NCBI GenBank assembly: GCA_027001995.1
Contig: JALTLO010000022.1
Location: 816 to 64,815 of the forward strand
Length of the DNA stretch: 64,000 bases
DNA from: Planctomycetota bacterium
Lineage (GTDB): Bacteria; Planctomycetota; GCA-002687715; DRQF01
Direction of reading: 5' to 3'
The position numbers and the translations under genes are program-made. The notes beneath the pieces are model-generated. The model had not been told where the DNA came from, made no database searches, and saw nothing but the letters and a program-made list of their open reading frames with translations. Of this stretch, positions 57,410 through 64,000 are shown piece after piece; the stretch's first letter is position 1; every line of letters starts with the position of its first letter.

Positions 57410-58207
57410 TTGATCATTGAGTCTATCGACGACCCCAGACTTTCCCCCTTTCGCAACGTTCGTGACAAGGATCTCAAACGGGAGGATGGTCTTTTCTTGG
57501 GAGAAGGCCCCCTCACAGTGGACAAGATGCTCTCCATGGAGGGTGTGACGAAATCCGTCTTGGTGGCGGAGCGGTGGGCTGAGCGTTACTTGCCGCAGGC
57601 CCATGATGATGTCGAAATCCTTGTCGCCAGTAAAGATGTCATGTCTGAAGTCTTGGGGTTTTCTTTTCATCGGGGCGTCATCGGGGCTGGCTATCGAGCT
57701 CCATTTGAAAACCGCCAACTTCAGGACATTCTCCCCCTGCAAGTGGATTCTGCAACAATCTTGCTGATCGAAGGTGTGGGCAACGTCGACAACATCGGAC
57801 TTCTATTCCGCAATGCTGCAGCGTTCGCTTGTGATGCCGTGATTATCAGTTCTGATTGTTGCGATCCTCTCTACCGCAAGTCTCTGCGCGTTTCCTTGGG
57901 CCATGTGCTCAGCACACCCTGGTGCGTTTCTGCCAACTTGGCCGATACCATCAAGAGTCTGAAGGAGCAAGACATTAGCACTGTGGCTGCGGCTCTGACC
58001 GAAAATGCCTTGAGCCTCAATGACTTCAGCTCCCCCAACCGCGTTGCTCTCTTAATGGGACAGGAGCGCAACGGAATTTCCGCTACCCTTCTCCAAGCCG
58101 TCGATGCAGCAGTCAAGATTCCGATGGCACCGGGAGTTGATTCCCTCAACGTTGCAGCAGCATCCGCCGTATGCCTGCACCAACTCTCTCAGGGCAAACG
58201 ACAGTAG
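57410..58207 (+). CDS. SpoU/TrmH-family RNA 2'-O-methyltransferase
   Basis: It has motif 1 (LLFRNAAAFACDAVII), motif 2 (VALLMGQERNGIS) and motif 3 (KIPMAPGVDSLNVAAASAVCLHQL). Confidence 0.85.
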   Translation: MIIESIDDPRLSPFRNVRDKDLKREDGLFLGEGPLTVDKMLSMEGVTKSVLVAERWAERYLPQAHDDVEILVASKDVMSEVLGFSFHRGVIGAGYRAPFENRQLQDILPLQVDSATILLIEGVGNVDNIGLLFRNAAAFACDAVIISSDCCDPLYRKSLRVSLGHVLSTPWCVSANLADTIKSLKEQDISTVAAALTENALSLNDFSSPNRVALLMGQERNGISATLLQAVDAAVKIPMAPGVDSLNVAAASAVCLHQLSQGKRQ

Positions 58208-58223
58208 TAGAAACAGCGACGCC

Positions 58224-59558
58224 TCACTCTCCCCACCGGGGAATTCGTAGCATGACGGCCAAGCGGTCTGATTCGCCGCAAATCCAGGTGTAGCCTAAGC
58301 CGTGATTCTTGAACGCCCCAATTGCAGCAAGAAGTTTCTTGTGTTGACCAACGGCATAGTGGTGAAATTCGTTGGCCGTAGGGATCAAGATTCCAGATCC
58401 AAGACTCACCATGAGTTCGACGATCGAGTCATCAAGGCCCTCGGGCATTTGCTCCGGGGAGAATTCAATCCCGTAGCACATAGCGTTCGATTGAGGATCT
58501 AAGGATGCTGCGTTGTGATTCGCATTCTGAGTCCACGCCGACTGAGGCAACTCAACATCGTCCAACTTCGCCCCAACGGCCACCAGGAACAGCTTGCGCT
58601 TGCCTTTCTTGGCATGCATTTTCTTCACTTCTATTTGCAAGACATCGCCCGCTAAGACCTGAAATTCAACTCCTTGCTTTTTGTCGCCGAAATAGCTGCG
58701 ACCTCCGGTGCTCAGAAAGCGCTTTCCGTAGCGGTACACATAAACCTTCCCGCCATTCTCCAGCCAGAGTTTCAACGTCTGCTTGGGCTCAACTCGATAT
58801 TCAATCTCCCCCACCGCCTGCCAAGCGCTCTTCCATTTCGGCGACAAGTTTTTCTCTCCTTGTGCCAAGATAAGAGCCCGGATGGCTCGAGCTCCAGGAG
58901 GGCAAGGGTAGGACCGATACTGCTGAATCATGCCGTCCAAGAGGTCATCGCGCGCTTTCACTAAAGAGGCTTCCAGCCTATTCCGACTCTTAACCAAGGC
59001 TGCTCCCATGGGGCGGGCAGTTTTCCAATTGACTTGCCCCAGACTTGCCTCGATCGTCTCCACCTTGGCCCTTAGCTTGTCGTCGGGATACAGATCCAAG
59101 CAGCGCTTGGCGAAGTGAACGGCACTGGGAATAGCCGAATAACACTTGAGGGACTGAATTTTCTTCAAGTGTTTCAGTGCTCGGGTGGGCAGGGCACGAA
59201 GCTGAGGTTCTACGGGCTTAAGGCTAGCTAATTTGCCAACGATGCGGAGAGACTTGGGCGTCTTTTTCGGCAACAATCCCTGCGCTGCCGCATCACAAGC
59301 ATGGGCTGTCCACCAACGAGCAGCATGACGGTTCCCTCCACTCACCAAACGACGAACCAACTGTTCAACACGGGGCAATTTCCAGCTGCCGCTTCGAATT
59401 TCGCCAATAATCTTGGCTTCTTTGCTCTGAACGATTTCTTCTTCGACCTGAGCAAAACACGACTGATAGCCAGATGCCAGAAGAAAGGCAAACACCAAGA
59501 AAACCTTGCCCAAACAAGGAAGTTTGCTTGGCAAAAACGAAAACGGAAGCAAAGTCAT
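58224..59558 (-). CDS. Secreted protein of unknown function
   Basis: It has an N-terminal signal or TM segment. No domain is recognised. Confidence 0.4.
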   Translation of the reverse strand: MTLLPFSFLPSKLPCLGKVFLVFAFLLASGYQSCFAQVEEEIVQSKEAKIIGEIRSGSWKLPRVEQLVRRLVSGGNRHAARWWTAHACDAAAQGLLPKKTPKSLRIVGKLASLKPVEPQLRALPTRALKHLKKIQSLKCYSAIPSAVHFAKRCLDLYPDDKLRAKVETIEASLGQVNWKTARPMGAALVKSRNRLEASLVKARDDLLDGMIQQYRSYPCPPGARAIRALILAQGEKNLSPKWKSAWQAVGEIEYRVEPKQTLKLWLENGGKVYVYRYGKRFLSTGGRSYFGDKKQGVEFQVLAGDVLQIEVKKMHAKKGKRKLFLVAVGAKLDDVELPQSAWTQNANHNAASLDPQSNAMCYGIEFSPEQMPEGLDDSIVELMVSLGSGILIPTANEFHHYAVGQHKKLLAAIGAFKNHGLGYTWICGESDRLAVMLRIPRWGE

Positions 59559-59728
59559 AGATCAGGTTCCCAACTCATGTTGACAAGAAAAGCATAGCCT
59601 ATTTCAAGAAAATGCCGAAGAATTCAACAAACAGCAGAGTCTCTATCTCTCTTATCTGTCGGCACCTATGGCAATTTGTTCGTTTTTTGGGCAAGATGTT
59701 CTCTGACAAGTCGAAGTGAGCACCGAAC

Positions 59729-61420
59729 ATGGACCACAATTCCAGCATACTTCTCGTTCTCGGCGTTGTCCTCGTCGCTGGAACTCTTGTGGGGATTCTC
59801 ACAAAGGCACTCAAGCTACCCTCGGTGACGGGGCAGATATTCGTTGGAATAGCCATAGGCCCCGCCGGATTTGCTTTGTTTTCCGGCAACGACGTTCACC
59901 GTCTGCAACCCCTCATCGATTTCGCTCTCGGGCTGATGGCCGTAGCTGTTGGTAGCCATCTTATTTTCCCCAAACTCAAAGTGGCCATGCGAAGGCTCAC
60001 CTTACTTCTGGTGTTCGAGAGCCTCTTCACCCCAGCTTTTGTATTCACCGGTGTCATGGCCCTGCCCCAGACCAATTGGCAGTTCAGCCTCTTGGTTGCG
60101 GCCATTGCAGTTTCGACTGCTCCAGCAACGATCCTGGCTCTGGTCAAAGAAACAAGGGCCAAGGGCGTCTTCGTCACAACACTCATCGTCGCTGTTGCTC
60201 TCAACAACTTGGCCTGCATTTGCCTTTTCGAAATCGCGCTGGCGAGTGCCCGCGCGAGTTTCGACCCGGAGCTGAGCCAAAGTAGCTGGCAATTGTTGTT
60301 CCAGCCCCTGAAAGAGATTATCGCCAGTGTCCTTTTAGGTGGAGGAATCGGCTACCTCTTGGTTTGGCTTACCAAGCGCGTCGTCAAGGCGGACAAAGTC
60401 ACTGCCCTTTCGATGATGGCCATCCTTCTCACCGTCGGCTTGGCTGATCATTTCGGCGTTTCCGTGATGCTCTCAAACCTCTGTTTGGGGATAGCCTTGG
60501 CAAACCTGACTCCTGACAAGGAGGAAATAGGACACAAGGTCTTCGAGGATTTCGAGTATGCGATTTACGCTATCTTCTTCACAGTCGCCGGGATGGAATT
60601 GGAGGTGGACTATATCCTTCCAGGAGGATTGTTGGCGGGAGTCGCCTTCTCGTGCCGATTCGCCGGAAAGTTCTGTGCCGCCAACTTGGGCATGCGCTTG
60701 GCGGGGGCAACAGATCGGGTTCGACGGTGGTTAGGGGTCGCTCTGATTCCCCAAGCCGGTCTAGCAATTGGTTTGGTGCTTCATGTGACAGAAGACCCGA
60801 ATTTCAGCAGCATCCGCGATCTATTTCTGGCGGTTGTTCTCACCATGGTCCTGTTGGCTGAAATCATCGGCCCCATTCTCTCGAGGATGGCTCTCCAAAA
60901 ATCCGGCGACGCTGGTCAAGATAGAGAGCGTATCATTGATTTTCTGCGAGAAGACAACATCACAACATCATTGGAAGGTCCCACTCCCGAAGATGCGATC
61001 CGCCAATTAGTTGACCTCACGGTCAAATCAAATCGTATCAAAGTCCACGCGGACGAGATATTCAGACGTGTCATGGAGCGAGAGAATGAGCAGTCAACCT
61101 GCATGGGCGATGGTTTGGCACTCCCTCACGCCCGCATCGATATAGAAGAAGAGATCATTGGGGCGATGGGAATCAATGCCCGTGGCCTTAAGTTTGATGC
61201 CATGGACGGCAAGCCGGTTCACTGCATGGTACTCATCTTGACTCCAACAAACATGCCAGAGCGACACTTGGAAGTCTTGGCTGCCCTTGCCAGTGCCATT
61301 GGGACCAACCCCATGATCCAGAACGAGCTCTATCATTGTGACACGCCCGCCCACGCCTATGAACTTCTTCACGTGAACGAAGGCACTGCCGACTTCAATG
61401 CCTTTTTAGACGACGACTGA
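59729..61420 (+). CDS. Cation:proton antiporter (CPA family) fused to C-terminal PTS EIIA-Ntr-like regulatory domain
   Basis: It has an 11-13 TM Na/H-exchanger core. The C-terminus DGLALPHARIDIEEEIIGAMGI...VHCMVLILTP has the conserved His of PTS_EIIA_2. Confidence 0.75.
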   Translation: MDHNSSILLVLGVVLVAGTLVGILTKALKLPSVTGQIFVGIAIGPAGFALFSGNDVHRLQPLIDFALGLMAVAVGSHLIFPKLKVAMRRLTLLLVFESLFTPAFVFTGVMALPQTNWQFSLLVAAIAVSTAPATILALVKETRAKGVFVTTLIVAVALNNLACICLFEIALASARASFDPELSQSSWQLLFQPLKEIIASVLLGGGIGYLLVWLTKRVVKADKVTALSMMAILLTVGLADHFGVSVMLSNLCLGIALANLTPDKEEIGHKVFEDFEYAIYAIFFTVAGMELEVDYILPGGLLAGVAFSCRFAGKFCAANLGMRLAGATDRVRRWLGVALIPQAGLAIGLVLHVTEDPNFSSIRDLFLAVVLTMVLLAEIIGPILSRMALQKSGDAGQDRERIIDFLREDNITTSLEGPTPEDAIRQLVDLTVKSNRIKVHADEIFRRVMERENEQSTCMGDGLALPHARIDIEEEIIGAMGINARGLKFDAMDGKPVHCMVLILTPTNMPERHLEVLAALASAIGTNPMIQNELYHCDTPAHAYELLHVNEGTADFNAFLDDD

Positions 61421-61467
61421 TCTCATAAATAGACAAATAGGAAGTTTTCTATTCCTGCGAGCACACC

Positions 61468-62112
61468 ATGACACAAACTCTCTACTATTTGGGTGATCCC
61501 ATGTGTTCATGGTGCTTTGCCTTTCGCAAAACGATCCTTCACATCGAAGAGGAATTTACCAAAGAAGTTAATTTGCACTACGTCATGGGAGGATTAGCGA
61601 AGGACTGTGAGTTACCCATGCCAAGAGAAACCCAACACTATGTCCAAGAAAACTGGCGACAAATTGAAGCCCAAACGGACACCCGCTTCAATTGGGACTT
61701 CTGGCGAAATTGCCAACCAAGACGTTCGACCTACTTGGCTTGCCGTGCAGTTCTTGCTGCAGGGATTCAGAACCTCAATCTCAAGTCGAAAGTCTTCGCT
61801 TCCATTCAGAGGGCTTACTATAAAGAAGCTTCAAATCCATCTAACCTCGACACTTTGATGGCAATCGCACACAAATTTGCAGCAGAATTGGACGTCCAAC
61901 GATTCGAGAAAGATCTTCTGTCTGGCCCGGCTGATCTCCTGTTACAAAATGACTTCAGCCTCCGAAGAAAGATAGGCGGCCACAGTTTCCCCAGCCTGAT
62001 TTTGAAGACCAAAAGGGAGTCTGTCATCGTCTATGAAGGTTGGGGCAAAACCAAAGAAGTCATCACCAAACTCAAGATAGCCTTGGCTCAGTCTGAATCC
62101 AAAAACTCATGA
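61468..62112 (+). CDS. DsbA-like thioredoxin-fold protein (FrnE/2-hydroxychromene-2-carboxylate isomerase-like)
   Basis: LYYLGDPMCSWCFAF contains the CxxC active site. Confidence 0.8.
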   Translation: MTQTLYYLGDPMCSWCFAFRKTILHIEEEFTKEVNLHYVMGGLAKDCELPMPRETQHYVQENWRQIEAQTDTRFNWDFWRNCQPRRSTYLACRAVLAAGIQNLNLKSKVFASIQRAYYKEASNPSNLDTLMAIAHKFAAELDVQRFEKDLLSGPADLLLQNDFSLRRKIGGHSFPSLILKTKRESVIVYEGWGKTKEVITKLKIALAQSESKNS

Positions 62113-62163
62113 CGAAACAAGAAGAGCACCATTCTTGGTGAATGTTGCTCCCTCGTCAGCTTC

Positions 62164-63846
62164 TCATGCGTCGTCAAGAGGACGATACGCTACGCCCAGT
62201 AGTTCCAATCGCTTCAAATGAACTTCCAGACGTTTGCGAAACTCATCCCAATCTCGACATTCCTTGGGTGACCACAGACGCTCAGCCAAGGCGGATGCTC
62301 TGGGGTAAACCATGTAGTCTGCTTGGTCTTGATTCGGAACATATTCAGTCCAAAGATTTCCTTGTGCGCCTAAAATATGCTCCGCTTCTTTGGCCGTGAG
62401 TTCATGTGGAATGGGTTCATAGAGATACACCTTCTTGCAGGGGAGGAATCCGCCGATGGCTGGGGGCTCCGCTTTTCTGTCTTTCCCTTGGTAGTAGTCG
62501 AAATAGCAGTGAGACGTAGGAGTCATCACCACATCGTGTCCCGACTTGGCTGCAGCAATACCACCTTTGATGCCTCGCCAACTCATGACTGTGGCATTCG
62601 CAGGCAATCCACCCTCTAAAATCTCATCCCACCCAACCAGACGTTTTCCATTGGCGTTCAGGAATTTTTCCATGCGAGAAATGAAGTAGCTTTGAAGCTC
62701 ATGTTCGTTCTTCAATCCTTCTTCTTTGATCCGCGCCTGACACTGAGGGCATTTCTTCCATCGGGTTTTCGGACATTCATCCCCGCCGATGTGGACGAAT
62801 TCACCGGGGAATAAAGTAAAGACGTGTTTAAGAACATCCTCCAAGAACTCAAAAGTCTTTTCATTCCCAGCGCAATAGACATCCCTGAAGACACCCCACT
62901 TGGTGCCGACCTCAAAAGGTCCTTCGGTGCATGCCAGCTCTGGATAGGCTGCCAGGGCAGCCAGGGAATGCCCGGGCATTTCGATCTCAGGAATCACTGT
63001 TACGAAACGCTCTGCGGCGTAGGCAACCACTTCTTTGATTTCAGTGCTGGTGAAAAGACCACCATGAGGGCGGCCATCCCCTTGTTTGCGATCGGCAGGG
63101 ATAGGGGTTTCTTTCCTCTTAGAAGACACCGTTGACAAAAGGGGATAGCCTGGCACCTCAATACGCCAGCCTTGATCCTCCGTTAAATGCCAATGGAATC
63201 GATTCATCTTGTGACGAGACAAGAGATCGATGTAACGTTTCACCGTCGCAGTCGAAGAAAAATGCCGGCAGGTGTCCAACATAAGACCCCGCCACTGAAA
63301 ACGGGGAACGTCAACAATCGACACCCTTGGCCCTGTCCATTTCGTATTGGGAACAAATTGAGGTGAGTCAATTGCTGGGGGCAATAGCTGACAATAAGTT
63401 TGGCAACCATAAAAAAGTCCCGCTGGCTTAGCGGCGGTGATCAAGACTTGGCCATTGCGGGCGACAACCAGTTCATAGCCTTCTGTTCCTAGGGAACTCT
63501 CCTTGCCTGGAATCACTTGCAGAAGAATGGCGTTGTCGTGGTTCTTCCCTTTCTCTTGGGTTTTGACCGCAAGCGAAAACCCCGTCGCTGGCCTGAGGCG
63601 TTCTTTCAAGTATGAAGCAATACCCTCGGCGCCACTTCCTTGCCACAATATCACCGTGGAAGGGACGAGAGAAAACTGCCCCGTGGCCCCAGTCATTTTC
63701 ATAGGTCGAGGGACTAAAGCACGCATCAAAGAAACTCGCGACGTAGCTTCTGCGGTCACGACTTTCTGCCCTGGCAATTGGCAAGGTGAAGTCAACAGGA
63801 ACGCTGCGACCATGAACTTCAGAAAAGAAAACTTTATCCGTTGCAT
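62164..63846 (-). CDS. Beta-N-acetylhexosaminidase, glycoside hydrolase family 20 (secreted)
   Basis: It has a signal peptide, the motif RFHWHLTEDQGWRIE, and the catalytic VHIGGDECP (H-x-G-G-D-E). Confidence 0.9.
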   Translation of the reverse strand: MQRIKFSFLKFMVAAFLLTSPCQLPGQKVVTAEATSRVSLMRALVPRPMKMTGATGQFSLVPSTVILWQGSGAEGIASYLKERLRPATGFSLAVKTQEKGKNHDNAILLQVIPGKESSLGTEGYELVVARNGQVLITAAKPAGLFYGCQTYCQLLPPAIDSPQFVPNTKWTGPRVSIVDVPRFQWRGLMLDTCRHFSSTATVKRYIDLLSRHKMNRFHWHLTEDQGWRIEVPGYPLLSTVSSKRKETPIPADRKQGDGRPHGGLFTSTEIKEVVAYAAERFVTVIPEIEMPGHSLAALAAYPELACTEGPFEVGTKWGVFRDVYCAGNEKTFEFLEDVLKHVFTLFPGEFVHIGGDECPKTRWKKCPQCQARIKEEGLKNEHELQSYFISRMEKFLNANGKRLVGWDEILEGGLPANATVMSWRGIKGGIAAAKSGHDVVMTPTSHCYFDYYQGKDRKAEPPAIGGFLPCKKVYLYEPIPHELTAKEAEHILGAQGNLWTEYVPNQDQADYMVYPRASALAERLWSPKECRDWDEFRKRLEVHLKRLELLGVAYRPLDDA

Positions 63847-63866
63847 CTTGTTCTCCTTGAATCAAA

Positions 63867-64000
63867 TTAGACCACGTCAACCCGCTGTTTCGTTTCAATG
63901 CTCTTGAGTTCGGCTTCGTAGATTTCGAGGGCTTCAGCGGCGCTCGACAAAGTCACCTGGATTGGCTCTTTCTTCTCTCGTATGCACTCCAAGAAGTAAG
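63867..64000 (-). CDS. 3' end of an unidentified gene (C-terminal 44 aa only)
   Basis: An open frame ends in ...ELKSIETKQRVDVV-stop at 63867-63869. The rest lies outside the window. Confidence 0.3.
   Translation of the reverse strand, partial: YFLECIREKKEPIQVTLSSAAEALEIYEAELKSIETKQRVDVV

Noticed and set aside
1-64000. CRISPR arrays, insertion sequences, integrases, phage genes, toxin-antitoxin pairs
   Set aside because: I found no direct-repeat or spacer periodicity. No transposase, integrase or recombinase motifs turned up in any of the six frames. The only repeated element is the 21-bp CGATCTCATGAATGAG family.

Overview
This is a 64-kb window of about 52% GC carrying roughly 55 protein genes. 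I found no rRNA, tRNA, CRISPR array or transposase. The gene content suggests a Planctomycetota-like organism, but that is inference, not a search result. The supporting signs are an ECF sigma factor next to a Ser/Thr kinase with TPR repeats, many SGNH hydrolases and amidohydrolases, a PhoX phosphatase, and frequent GTG/TTG starts.

Functional blocks, in order along the window:
1. 1-13.5 kb: a nonulosonic-acid (pseudaminic/legionaminic-type) sugar biosynthesis island. It has the core genes (PseG-like hydrolase, NeuB/PseI-family synthase, CMP-sugar cytidylyltransferase, DegT aminotransferase, GNAT, SDR epimerase). It also carries unusual accessory enzymes: a radical SAM/SPASM protein, a NodU/CmcH carbamoyltransferase, a PIG-L deacetylase and a WbqC-like protein.
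2. 13.5-14.7 kb: hpf behind a candidate sigma-54 promoter, and a CBS-domain protein.
3. 14.9-18.6 kb: two tandem paralogous outer-membrane beta-barrel proteins with N-terminal coiled coils.
4. 18.7-22.7 kb: a complete nitric-oxide detoxification module. It comprises a quinol-type NO reductase (HLWVEG motif), a sigma-54 -24/-12 promoter, three GTTGT-N7-ACAAC NorR boxes, and a divergently transcribed norR.
5. 22.8-27.9 kb: ECF sigma factor, a secreted protein of unknown function, and a Ser/Thr kinase with TPR repeats.
6. 28.4-30.6 kb: a small regulatory locus containing a lipoprotein pseudogene. The pseudogene is interrupted by a roughly 100-bp, roughly 73% GC fragment that encodes a sigma-54-activator Walker-A segment.
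7. 30.7-33.2 kb: two tandem amidohydrolases.
8. 33.3-43.6 kb: a second polysaccharide locus (2 Wzx flippases, 2 SGNH hydrolases, a GT2).
9. 36.9-46.4 kb, interleaved with block 8 (which is not contiguous): queD, a HIT-family protein, a Tat-signal PhoX phosphatase and a YhhQ-family (queuosine-precursor transporter) protein.
10. 46.6-50.1 kb: a large hybrid sensor kinase with a beta-propeller and Y_Y_Y domain.
11. 50.1-54.0 kb, minus strand: an operon of a GNAT, a 948-aa secreted PDZ/discoidin protein, and an AhpD-like gene. The AhpD-like gene has an in-frame TGA exactly at the resolving-Cys position, followed by a SECIS-like hairpin, so it is a candidate selenoprotein.
12. 54.2-64 kb: housekeeping genes (lipoprotein, yaiI, trmH-family, a CPA antiporter fused to an EIIA-Ntr domain, a DsbA-like protein, a GH20 hexosaminidase).

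One further feature cuts across these blocks. A 21-35 bp repeat, CGATCTCATGAATGAGYCGGG, occurs at least five times in non-coding or 5' regions.
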